Assembly (NCBI GenBank): GCA_001938485.1
Contig: MQRK01220486.1
Location: forward strand, 4,273-58,322
Direction of reading: 5' to 3'
Origin: Girardia tigrina
Lineage: Eukaryota
DNA length: 54,050 nucleotides
Shown: piece by piece, positions 13,111-26,300 of the stretch
Numbering within the stretch: position 1 is the stretch's first letter
Layout: each line of letters begins with the position of its first letter
Program-made: the position numbers and the translations under genes
The notes under the pieces: model-generated
Databases searched by the model: none
Told to the model about the DNA's origin: nothing
Seen by the model: only the letters and a program-made list of their open reading frames with translations

Positions 13111-14289
13111 ATTTACCATTATCATTCAGACTTTATAACTTTTAAATTTTTTATTTTTGCAATCAAAGGTACAAAAATATATAATAATTTATTTTTACTA
13201 AACTTTTTACTATACAACACTATCTAGCATTCCTTTTAATTGTAACGGGTAAATCATCTTCAACTATTACTTTCAAATGATCATTTTCAATAACAGATTT
13301 TGCTCTACGACCCACTTTATTTTCAAGTTTCTATGTTTTTATTCCAATGTTTTTATTGACATCAGAACTTAAAATGCCTCCAGGACAATTCTCTACAAAA
13401 CTTTTGTAGTTAACTATCGTTCTTGATTGATAAATTTTAATTCTATTTCTAAATTTGAATTACAATTATTTACTAAAATAATTTTAAATTATTCTGAAAA
13501 ATATTTTTAATTCATTAACAATATATTATTTACGATTAAGCTAATCTTTACGTTATTATATAGTTATAAAATATTTTAAATCAATTTCACACAGATATTA
13601 AATATTTTGATTAAAATATATTAATTTAATTTTGAAGTTGTTATGTACATTGTAAAATTTTCCCTTTAATCCGACAATTCATAATATTCAACGTATCAAT
13701 TTTCCATCTGGGTGAGAGAAGCACAATCATAAAAAGTATTTTTATATGTTTCAATTTTTTTACACATATTTTTGTTTTTGAACATATTGGTAAGAAATAA
13801 AGTATTAAAGTAATGTACTTTTGTCTTTCAAACAAACAATTGATTCTAATGGATCACAAGAACAAACAGTTTTCTTGAAACCTTTCTAGAGTAAGTCTTT
13901 GGCAGTTGTGTCATTTGGTTGATCTAACATCGGAATTGAAAATAAAGCCAATTTAAAATTGATTATTGTGTGCTATTTTGCGTAACAAACAATGTAAAAA
14001 AGACAAAAACGTAAAATCGTCTATAAAACATATGCTATCCAACCGAAAGAGAATGCGCCTCCTACCAACGAGTTGGAATGACCGTAACCCTTAGTAATTT
14101 TCCAAAAATTAAAAGAAGCACGGCCAAGGAATTCCGAAACCTGGAATTTCCTTTCCGTCAAGTATAATTATGCGAACTTAAGAATTAATTATTGATCCCA
14201 CCGCGTAAAAAAAATGGAAAATTCTTTTAATATTCAAAGTGTAAAATCAAAAAGTTTCTTTTATAAACTGGATCTTTATCCATTCTAAG

Positions 14290-14858
14290 TGTAGTGACCC
14301 AGTCACATATATTATTATTATATAATAATTTTATATATATAAATATATAAATAAATAAATCAATATCAATAAAGATTAATAATTACTTACCCTCGCGATC
14401 AAAACATTAAACGAGAAATAATTAGCAATTACAGTCCAGACCACCGAATTAAGATACTTTAACTGCGATTTTAACAAGAGAGAATATGTCTGGATCGTTT
14501 ATCAATTTTCCCATCTCATTTTCCAGAGGATACTATTAAATTTAACCACAAAAACCTTATTTAATTCGATTTCAATCTCAATTCCTCAAATTCAACGATA
14601 TCTCTCGAGCTCGATTGATCTTTCTTATTCTTGTGAGTATTGGGAATTTTCTAAGATCGTCCCTTTGAAACATTTGAATGACAAACACAAATCTAAATCG
14701 AGATTTAATCGATTCCCAATACTCTCTCGTATGTGATTTTTTTTGTTACATATGTTTACATATATTGTGTAAAATTAAACGTTTTATACATATTTATCTT
14801 TATTTTTTTGTTACGTTAAAGGAGTTCACTGGAACACGTTTTCAGTTAGCCTTTTACA
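14290..14858 (+). mobile_element. Solo LTR
   Basis: TGTAGTG...TTTTACA termini with exact 5-bp TSD CTAAG on both sides. Confidence 0.75.
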
Positions 14859-16453
14859 CTAAGTAATATGATGCTTCAAATATTTGCACCAAAAATAATT
14901 CACAAAGTTCATTTAGTCATTATCAATCATAATCTGTAATTTTTTCAAACTTAAGTTAGGTGGAACATTTTGAAACAATTGTCATATTTTTGTTTAAAAC
15001 AATATAATATAAAATATATTTTATCAGTATTTTTTAAAAAAATGACTAATTACCGAAAACAAACAATGCAACGCCGACAATACTTGGGGGTAAACAATAA
15101 TAAGAATTAAATTTTAATTTGGGTAAAAATGTATAAACAATAATGTAAGAAACATTTTCTACTAGAAACCATCCAGCAACTTTTCTTCTTACAAGATTCG
15201 GCGAACTCTTAATTTAATTTAATTTAATTTTATTAATTTTATGATTGTCTTACTTGATCCAGTAGAATGGCGAGAAAGAGAAATTTAAACAATCCGAAAG
15301 ATACACCGATAAAAGTAAGAGTCACGAAAAAATGTGATTTCCATTTCAATTTTATAACTTCAAGAATCGTTACTCCAATAATAAAAGAAACATTACAAAT
15401 GATAAATAAAGTCCTTGCCGAAAGGATGAAAGCTGAAAAAAAGAATAAAAAAATAAATTTCCTAAATTATTATAAATCAAAAGTTACTGGCCAATATTCC
15501 TCCGAGGAGCAAAACGAAGCATTCAATGCTTATCAAATATAAACTCAAAAAAGAATCGAGAAGATTGAATATAATTAAAAAGACAGAATAAATTAATAAA
15601 TAAGCCGAAAATAAAATAATTAATTTAATCATTAAACAAAACTTAATTTAATAAGTATTATAATTAAATTTTAATGATATTTCATCGAATTCAAAATTTT
15701 TATATTTTAAACAAATCAAAATCCTTAGTACAAAGTTCATTTAGAAAATTAGAATATTTAAACAAATTTAATATTTTGAAACGATAATACTTATTTTATA
15801 TAATGATTATTATAAATTTTAATTATCGATATTTAAACTACTATTATTTTTGTTAAATATTTATGATTTATTAGTAGGTAATTTAATTCTCAATATTTAA
15901 ATAATCTTTATTGTGAGAAATTGTAAACATGTATGTAGCAACACTTTAAATAATAATTTTTGAACAATCTCCACTAAAAGTTAGCTTTCTCTTAATCAAC
16001 TAAATTATCATCAGTGCTCTGTAATGACAATACACTAAGGGCGCAAACTTGGAGCTTTTAGGTAGCAAAGGTAAACAGGATTTGAGCTGCCAAACAGTAG
16101 AAAAAGCACGAAAATCAAAATTTTCGAAGAAAATTATTATTTGCGTTTGTTTAAACGTTTAAAAAATTATCTGAGATTATCTTTGATGCTTTTATGTGAC
16201 TTTGAATTTTAGTTGATATGTAAAGAAAAAATAAGTTTTTATTTTTGAATTTTATTTCTAAAAATTCGGCACACATACTGGTAAATTATCAACTCGGCAT
16301 GCAAACACATTCAAAGCCGATAAGACTATTGACTCGCTGAGTCATCTAATTAAAACAACTTATCGTTGACAACAATAATAACCCGAACAAAGACATCTTT
16401 GCTCGAGTTTTTAAAATGAATAATTTTTAAACGATTCAATTATTTATTATTAT

Positions 16454-16663
16454 TAGGGCATGGAATTTAATGACCTTTATTATTATTATAATCATAATCA
16501 TTGATAACAGAGTGGGTGGCGCAGTGGTGTGACTGCTGTGGATTGGTGACGGTGGCGACTCTATTGGCAGAGGGGAAGAACAAAATAATATCTCACCCGG
16601 AAAGAGAGGAAATAAAATAGAGTCCTTTTTTTGATTTTCTAGGTCACTAAATTCAGTACCCTA
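16454..16663 (+). mobile_element. hAT-type MITE (210 bp)
   Basis: Imperfect 23-bp TIR TAGGGCATGGAATTTAATGACCT / AGGTCACTAAATTCAGTACCCTA; 8-bp flanking repeat ATTATTAT (low complexity); second copy at 1956. Confidence 0.8.
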
Positions 16664-16949
16664 ATTATTATTTAAATAATTAAAAAAAAATTTATTTAAT
16701 TTGTTTTTTTGAAGTTAATTGAATTTATTACATTTTTCTTAATTCATAAACAGATATAATCTACTTATATATAAAACAAATGTTGATCAAAAGCGATTTG
16801 AATTTGTCTTTAGAACTTTCGGGATGCAAGAATCAGATTCAAATTTGAAATATAAATAATGATAATGGTATAAATTAATAATACATAGTTTGGATTATAA
16901 AAAGATGGTAAATTTCCGTAAAAAATGCCGAATACTAATTCTAATTTAT

Positions 16950-17520
16950 GATCCCGGTAGAGGTGCCTGGTCAGCCCCCCTTTCGTTTTGAACGACTTTT
17001 TACATAGTGTACATGGGAATGGGAATTTCTACTGTTGTGTCTCGTTGAGCTCATCAGGATTAGCGGAAGCGGCCACCGCGTCTTCCCTTTTCATGTATCT
17101 GTTCAACTCCTTCTTTACGGGAAACTCCTCTTAGCATCTTTCTACTGGACATTGGTGACGTTTGTCTCTCTCGTTTATCAGCTTCGGTTAAGTTTTTCTT
17201 GCTCTGTTGAGTCTTCCTGATCGAATTAAGAAGTTTATGTATGCTTACCTCGATGCAGTAGGATCTCTGTGAATGGTGCGGTTAAGGAAATCTCCATACA
17301 CCGCATCATCCACAAATAGCCACTGTATGTCCACTCGAAGGTATTCTGAAATTGATTGCTTCTTTCCCCCACTAATATTTTTCCCCATTTGTATTTCTCT
17401 TCTCTAGATTCGGTTGATTGTCTCGTAATCCTCTGAAGTTTCCGTCTTACTGTGGAAAGTAAGCCTTTTACTCGCGATAATATCCATGGGATGTGGGAGT
17501 CCAATGTTCATTTATGTCCA
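16950..17520 (-). mobile_element. Non-LTR retrotransposon 3' remnant with C-terminal C2H2-like finger
   Basis: ORF 17235..17504 then HQCPVERC*EEFPVKKELNRYMKRE on the minus strand; GC-richer than flanks; stops present. Confidence 0.45.
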
Positions 17521-17529
17521 TTTTTATTT

Positions 17530-18060
17530 ATAATGGTTTGTGTAAAAAACAGTACTTAGGTTCCTCAGAAATATTTGTTTGAAAAACTTTATTTCTGATA
17601 GAAATAAATTTTTGTATCATGAGTTTAAATTTTGAATCCGAACTCAATACTCAAGAAGCCGTTTACAGAAATGACGGATTGTCTCTCCCATGTAAGTGGC
17701 TTTGCACCCATTACACTCAAATTTATACACAAGATCAGAGCATAAACTAACAGGAGTTTTCGATTTAATACTGAATATATTCTGGATTTTATGTTTTAGA
17801 TACGATTTTTGAATTCAAATTCATATTATTAATTGATCTTAGAATAGAAGATTTGAATTTTTAAAACCTTCAGAATAAGGAGCAGTTAATGTTTAACGAG
17901 AATTAAGTCTCTCATTCGTTCCTTTGTCGGGTTTCAAATCATCCTTTCCTTCAAATATTTTACTTACACCATAATTAAATAATTTATCAAATTGTTTTTC
18001 TAGTTAATTTCTCAAGGAAAGATTTTTAATATCAATTCTTATATAAAAGGGCATTTAACC
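17530..18060 (-). mobile_element. Penelope-like element remnant (GIY-YIG region)
   Basis: LVYKFECNGCKATYMGETIRHFCKRLLEY on the minus strand; same family as 11380-12260. Confidence 0.85.
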
Positions 18061-18149
18061 TGTTTAAACTAGAATTGGCCTTGGAATAAGTTGAAGACAA
18101 AGACCAAGAACGAATAATTTTCGTGTTACTATGAAACCCTTTGTTGAAA

Positions 18150-18420
18150 TAAATAATTTAAAAATTTTATGCAGCGATTTTAAAAATAAATGGGAAAAAG
18201 TCTCGTATGAGGCATTAATAATTAAAGGGGTTAATCCAGCAATTAATGTCCAGTCAAGGGACTCATCAACTTTGTAATTACTGTTAACGTGAAACAGTAG
18301 TTGCATAACTAATTATGTAATCACCATTTTAACATTTATAAACTTAATAGCTTGACTCAGAATCGCCTGAAGATGTCGGATACTGTCGAAATATATTGCT
18401 TTAATAAAAATTTTATTTAA
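18150..18420 (+). mobile_element. Penelope-like 3' end with degenerate hammerhead motif (18364-18400)
   Basis: WEKVSYEALIIKGVNPAINVQ followed by CTGAAGA-T-GTCGG-ata-CTGTC-GAAATATATT. Confidence 0.7.
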
Positions 18421-18523
18421 ATGTCATCTTTTAATTTTTAAAAAAGAATTGCATTATTTTTTAAATTTATCAGTATCAATTTAATATATTTGTTCTATTT
18501 ATTTATTCAGGAATATATTATAA

Positions 18524-19133
18524 GGGTTCCGTTCAAACGAATAAGTTTTGCAGCCAAATGAATGTGTTGCAATTTTAAATCAATAAAATACTCAGACCAC
18601 ATGGAACTTAAAAATAATTATTTTTTATTCATTTTTTTTAATCTTATCTAATTATAAATCTCAAAATAAAATTTATTATTTCCGTATAATTATTTATTGA
18701 TCACAGATTGATTTACAGATTGTTCATTTCATAAAAGCATATAGAATATAGATAATATTAAAAAAAGAAATTAAAAATGCTAACTAGTTTAACGAATAAT
18801 GGTACTTACCGGAAAACATACAATAAAAAATATCGGTTTCATTTCAAATATATTTCGGATTGTTCGTTAATTAAGGATTTGATACACAATATTTTTTAAA
18901 TCACTGATATTAAAATTAATATAAATACGAATTTGAATGTTTTTTTACGTTAAAAAAAAGAAGATTATTACTAAATTTCCATGTCAGTTACATATTTGCA
19001 AAAAAAGATATAGATATAATATAAATTACTATAAAAAGCAGATTTTAAAATGCAATTGATTGCAACACTTCTTCATTTGGTTGCAACAATTAGTCATTAA
19101 GTTGCAAAACTTATTCATTGGAACGGGAATCCC
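18524..19133. mobile_element. MITE with long imperfect TIRs
   Basis: GGGTTCCGTTCAAACGAATAAGTTTTGCAGCC... mirrored by ...GTTGCAAAACTTATTCATTGGAACGGGAATCCC. Confidence 0.7.
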
Positions 19134-19933
19134 TATATTATGGAAACGTTTCCTAAGAATATCAATTGCGTTGCATTTACTTAGTAAATGATTTCACAAT
19201 CTGAATTAAATCGTTGATAATTTTATCTATCTTCACAGTAACCTTTTGAATCTGTATTAAGTCACGTGTCTGTTTCCTATCTGTACCACTCTGTTTCATA
19301 TTTACCATTCATTTTTTTTACCAAGAAAAGCCAAAAATGAGAGATCATTATAAATAAAAATAAAGAGAATTATTTGGTTCAAAATCAGTAATAAATATGA
19401 AAAAATATGAAAATTATAAAAAATTTAAAATAAATCTTAAAATGAATTTTTATAATTAAATAAATTATATTAAAAAACATATTAGAAAAAATTTAAAAGA
19501 TAATTAATATTAATCAAAAAATATTTCAAAGTTTATTAATTTATTCTAATTTTTGAAATTATTTTGACAATAATATTAAAAATTGTTTAAAATATTTACA
19601 AATATTAGATACTGAAGGTGTTTAACGAAGTATATCTGTCTATTTGTTCGCTGTGTGTTTCGTAACAGTATGTCCAAATTCGGCCTAACCATCTGAAAAG
19701 TTTTGAAGAACCTACTTGGACCTATTTTACCGATGAGGCAAATTTCATATCGCTAAATGTTTTTCGAACACTTACTGGATGGAAGAAGTATTTGTTCGAA
19801 TACATATTACAACAGCTTAAGAAAATATTTACTAAAATAATCACAAGAATTCAAAACACAAAAGTCAATAATAAAATTTTATATTTTTACGAAGACAACA
19901 AAAAGGAAATAAAAAACATAATTATTATAGCAA

Positions 19934-20312
19934 TCATGAAAGGTTAGTTATATCGGATAAAAATTTTTCTTCGTCCGTTTTAAAATAAAATTTAAATTTT
20001 TTTACTAAAATGATGCTGATGAAGAAAGAAAACAGTGAAAAGCCCATTAAAACAAATAAAAGAATTTGAAGTGTAGTTACGGGTTTCAGATATTCTGAAG
20101 AGATGCATTTTCTATATGGAATTATATAATAGGTGCTCAGGAGCATAGCTAAGGCATCGGATAAGCCTCCAATTCCAACGGCTCCGACGAGAAGGGCTAC
20201 GGACAAATATTTAATACTTTCTGTTATTTCTGAGTGTATGAACTGAATACCTAAACATTTACATTTATAAAGAAAATATATTAAAAATAAGTTATCTAAT
20301 TAATACACACAC

Positions 20313-20368
<56 letters not shown>

Positions 20369-23300
20369 GAGTTTTGTGATCGCTAATTTGATATTTTTAA
20401 AAAATATTTTTTGGAACTTCATTTACCATCGTTAATAATTAAAATGTAATGTTAATTAATGGGTCATTTTATTAGTAAATATTTTTTAGTATTTTATTGG
20501 ATATTAATAGCAAAATTTTTTTTATTTATTTTAATTAAAGATTTTAGGAATTGAGACGACCTTCCTTTAAACCACAGTCTGAGATTTGTATTTAAGCAAA
20601 TTTTCTTTCTTTACTTTTATTTTTTTTAATTTTTAATTTCTATTATTTTTCATTTCTCTTTTAATTTGAAATTTTAAAAAACACGTTTTTATGAAAGGCT
20701 TTTTTTTAAATTAAAAAATAATCAACAACACTATCTTACACCCCGTACTCAAGGGTTTTTTAATTTTTTCCACTTTGCTTTCCCATGTTTTCCAGACAAA
20801 TCTTCAAAAACAATCTTCTAGTATTTACTTCTCGAATGATTTGATATGATTCATCATATTTTCGTGATCTTTTGTTCTAGATTCCAACTTTACCAATATT
20901 TCATAACCCGAAAAGAACTTTCGCACTTTATAGCTTCCTTGATCAGGAGATCACGGCCATGTTGAACTATTTTACTATTTCTTCCACCCAATATTTCCCC
21001 TGCTAATGAGTCCTCCGATAGTCATTTGTAATGCAGCATTTAAGAGGAACACGATTTCGGGTAGAATTTCTGCCTAGTCCAAACTTCTGATTTCAATCAA
21101 TTTTGCACTTATCAATTATTCCAATGTACAAAATTATTGTTCAATTTGTTCGTTTGTGTTATGATGATAGGACTAGGAAAGAGAATTTCAAAATTCTGTT
21201 TATCTACAATTTCTTTCATCATTTTGACTGAAAACCTTGCCGCAATCTACATTAGTCCGACTGGATGGAAAGTCCTTTTTTTCAACAGGAAAAAATCCAA
21301 AGGATCTTTCGGTGTGAAACGAAACCCGCGAGGTGTTTGTTGGGCCGTTCTCTATCGACGAAAGAATCGCAAAGGTAATAAAGCAGATGACAATGAGTTA
21401 ATTTGGAGGCACGGTTTCCGTAACATATTCTATTAATTGCACAGTCCAAAACAACTTTTTTAACAAAAGCACCAAGACCATTTCTTACTCAATTTTACTA
21501 TACTGATTACAAAACTCAAATGCATTTTTTTCGTAGCACGTCGAGCTTTTGTGTTATTTCCAAAAATATAATTTTTAACTTTCCCATTTTCCTTTATTTA
21601 TCACTCGTGAGACTTTTTATCCGCCCCGTATATTAGTGAATGTATAAGATTCAAATGTTTTAAAATTCTAATCAAAATGTTTTTTATAAATTAGAAGGAT
21701 ACAATAGATACTCATTGACGTGAAATAATAAATTAAACTCAATACATCTAAATCTTTATATATAAATTTATTCGAAGAAGATTCGTATCGAAAATAATCA
21801 TCTTAAATTTAAAAATAATTTTGATTCCTTTAACATTATATCAAACGCATAAAGTCTTCAAAATCAAATGAATAAAATTTGTACGTCTAAAAGAAGATCT
21901 AATTCAATTTTGTTTAAGTTCTAAATCAAACATGACCGAAATGTGTACATAATTTGAAAATAAAATGACAAAAGAATCATATAATAAAACTTTTTCTTAC
22001 CCGAAGGAATAACGAAAACTTCACTCATTCCTAAAAATATTATCTGTGGAACGGTCCAAAAGGCGGACATATTCGATGGAGTGTCTATAAGATAATCATC
22101 GTTATACAGGGTAATTATAAAACATTCATTTTTAAAATATTTGTTAATTAAGAGCCTTAAAAGATAATAAGTTAAAATCTTATATACATAACAACATCGC
22201 AAAATTACAGGGTGTTCTTTTATAAATGGTAAAAAACTACATATATCTTCTTGTCTCAAATGCTTTGTTTCTAAAAGACTATATACTAAAAGCAAAAAAT
22301 AACAATAATTACAATAAATATTAAGTATTATTCAAAATGATCTCTAACAGCTTTTTTATGACCCCACTTGAGTGGTCGTTTTTCAAATAGAAACAATTAT
22401 CATAAACGGGGTCTTGAACAGCTCCAACCTTATGTCTTAGTAAAGGCACCATCAGTTATAACCATTATTAAGAATACTAATCTTATTTTCAATACATTTA
22501 TTGATATCACGACTCAAGTAACCACCAGGACGATTCTCGGCAAAAAATATACATCGTTCTTGATTGATAAATTTTTAATTTTATTTCTGAACGTCAAATT
22601 ATTCAAACACATTTCAATTAGAATTTAATTTACAATTTCGATTACACAATAATTTTTAATTTAAATTACAAATTAATTTTAATTATTTAAAAAAATATTT
22701 TAAATAAATTATTTCTAATGTATTAATTTAATTTAAAATTTCTTATTTATATTTTAAAATTCCTTAAACAATCCGATATTTTAAAACATTTAAAATATCA
22801 ATCTTCCATCTGGGTGGGAGAACCACAATCCCAATTAAAAAATATTCCTCACAAACATAATGTTGCTTCGGCCGTGGTAAGGAAGAATTTTCAATCATGT
22901 CTATGTACCTGCGATTGTCGATTTTTGTCCCATGATCAAGAAATGCAATAGGATTTTTTGTGGGACAAATTCCAACCCATGCCGCAAATTTTTTAATTCT
23001 TTCAAAGTCATTTAATGTGGCAGATATTTAAAAAAGAATTTCATCATTTTGAGGGTCAAATATCTAGTAAATGTCAAAAAACTTATCATTTGTGAACACA
23101 TTGTTAAAGGTGTTTTTTTATATTTGTATGGTAATAGCTTCAGATTTTTATGCAAAATTTCTTATATTTGTATTTTACAAACTCCAGTCATAATGACCAA
23201 AATACGTGCTAAACTTCCTAGGGTTTTCGGATTTAAATAAATAATGCCCTTGTGTCCCTTAATATTCTTTAATTTTAATGTAGATTTGTCCTTTCATACG

Positions 23301-26300
23301 TGACCAGTCTTGAGAGCTTGTAAGAAATTGAGAAAAATCTTACTGGTCATTTTTCATTTAAAATATTTTAAAAATTACGTAGTATTTGCGTTTATGTTTA
23401 CTTCAATATTAGAATTGCAGATCATGATGATCGAAATTTTTATACAAATTATAATCTTTTTCCTTTTTTTTAAAAAAAAATATTTTCATTTCGAAAATTT
23501 TATTTATTTATAAAATAAATTTTTTTATTTTATATTAAAACATTTTTGTAATATATTTTGAAGGAATATCCCTCATCATCAAGCTATTCTGATCCTAGCG
23601 CTCACGATTATATACATGATGGTCCATACGTTCTTATTCTTTTTCGCATACACAAAAGATAAGAGCAAAATACATAAGTCTTTATGATTCTATGTACTGT
23701 AAATGAAAGAATGATTGTTCATAAATCATACAGTATACTCTACTAAATTCCGTAATAAATATTATAAATATTTTATTTCATTTTTATAATTAATAATAAA
23801 ATATAATAATTGTTTGAAGTTATTAACAAAAGTGTGAAAATTTTAGCACACTTTTAATTTACAATGAGTTATACCAGCCCATATTATATTCCATATCGCT
23901 TTCAAGCGCAGCATGGCTATATAAATCTGGAAAATTAAGCCAGGCCATGCGAAACGTTAAGACAAAGTTGCGGAAGAATTATGACTGTGAACCACCTAAA
24001 TTCTTCCAGTATATGGTGAAGTTGTTTGAAAGCGGTTCGTTGGTGGACAAAGCAAGTTGTTCTTCTAAGTGGGGAGATTATGTGAACAATGTGGATTAAT
24101 CCGTGGCAGGAAATCTTAACTTTTCTACCAGGCCAATGATAGACGGTCAATTCTTACACAGACATGTTGCGCACAGAATTCATACTAGAATTGGAGAAAA
24201 AGTGGTTTCTTTTTTCCTGTCATTTCCAACAAGACGGAGCTCCAGCTCAGACGGCAATCGCAAGCAGAGAATTCCTCAATGCCAAATTTCCAGACCAAGG
24301 GCTCTGAAAGTGTGACCCAACAGCCTGGCCCCCCAGAAGCCCGGATTTAAGCTCTTTCTACAAAGCCTTATGAGCAAGCATTAAATCCTGAAAATGTTGT
24401 TCAGTAAACGAGCTAAAAGACGTGGTTAAACATGAAATACTAGCCATTCAGATATCTACATTGCAGGCCATTCACAAACGTACACATTAATAATGATGGA
24501 TATCAGGATGAGCCCTTTGATCGTTGACCGGTATTCTCTGTAATAAATAAACTATTTGGATTCTTTTGTGTTTAAAACAAGGCAGGGACTTATGGGCCAC
24601 CCTGTATATTTAGTAATGATTGCATAATTAATTACATAATGATTGTTTCACATAAACACTTTCAACAAAGTTGATGAATCATTTTATTAGATATTAATTG
24701 GTGGGTTGAATGATTTAATTATTAATGCCTCACATGAGACTCTTTCCAAATTTTTTTCAAAAATCTGCATGATATTTTCAAGTCAACAGTTTTTGGAACG
24801 TATTTGTTCCATTTTGGAGCCGAATTCCACAATCATCATTTGTGATTCTAATGAGGGCCGTATTTTGTTCTCCTTTTTCCAATACAATCGGAATTGCGAT
24901 TGATGGATTTTCTGTGCGGATCAGATCGATGGAAGTGAAGAAGTCCATGAAGAGATTCTTCGTCACGCGTCCAATTCCAGTACCGTAATCGAGCACTTTA
25001 TCAGTGCTTTGCATCAATATTCAATCGTCGATCGATTTCGTGTAATTATCGTCATCGCAATTTTTCGCCATATACAAAAAAGAGCTTTCTGACTTTCGAT
25101 CGCTTTGGTCGTTTGATAGATTCCGCAAATCAATCCGATAACGGAAACGGTGTCCTTCAAAACCGATTGCAACATCGTTTCGATATTTTTCTCTTACATC
25201 ATCTTTTTTTGTGAAAATAATGAAATTAACGTTATTTGAATTTGAGCAATTAATAAAACGGTTCAAATTGCAAACCTTTTAAATTTTTTGTTTAGTTTAA
25301 AAAACTCTGCGGATTTACCGCATTTACAATTTCAAACGTAAACAAAAACATTTTTTAAATACCTTAATTTAAAATTTTAAAAATTGTCCAGAATTTAAAC
25401 TCTTAGCTTTTTTTTAACAACATTTTTCATTAGTTTACAGAGAATATTAATACTACCACTTAATTGTTTATGCTTGCAAACATGTATATAGAAATGACTA
25501 ACTGTTTCTTCAATATATGTGGTATTGCACCAATTACTCTAAAATTTATAAACAATATCAAAGCATAAACCAAAAGGAGTTGTATATTTATTAATGAACA
25601 TATTCAGAATTTTATATGTTTTAGATAAGATTTTTAAATTCGAATTCTTAGTATTAATTGATTTTATAATGGAAGATTTGAATTTTTGATAACCTTTAGA
25701 ATAAGAATCAATTAATATGTGGCCTCAATTAAGTCTCTCATTGGTTCATTTGTTTAGTTTTAAATTATCCATTTATTTAATTGTTTTATTTATATGGTAG
25801 TGACTCCTTAAAACTTCGACAGTGTCAATACTGGTTTTCTAAATTTCGTTCTGAAAAATTTCATCTGAAAGATGCACCACGCTCCGGTTGACCAGTTGAA
25901 GTTGATGGCGACAAAATAACAGCACTGATCAAATCCAATCCCCACATATGACGACAAGAGAAGTTGCAGAGACTCTGGAAATATCAAAATCAAGTGTTGG
26001 AAGTCATTTAAAGAAACTTGGATTCGTCAGTAAACTCGATATGTGGTTACCACATGAACGGAAAGAAATTCATATGGTGAAACGTATAGACATTTGTGAT
26101 TCCCTTTTGAAGCGAGAACAAAGTGATCCATTTTTGAAGCGCTTCATTACAGGTGACGAAAAATGAATTGTTTACAACAATATGGAACGCCGACGATCAT
26201 GGAAAAAACGTGGTGAGCCTGCCAAAATGATCTCAAAAGCAGAAATTCACCAAAAGAAGGTTATGCTTTCCATCTGGTGGTATTTTAAAGGAATTGTGTT

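Noticed and set aside
21921-22295. Whole 124-aa ORF as coding
   Set aside because: Only 22001-22084 is splice-bounded and POT-like; the rest is intron read-through.
26160-26170. TGA at conserved Trp positions in several elements, suggesting UGA=Trp recoding
   Set aside because: The same elements also have TAA/TAG stops and frameshifts, and the resolved host exons use TGG and have no internal TGA; ordinary G-to-A decay explains it.
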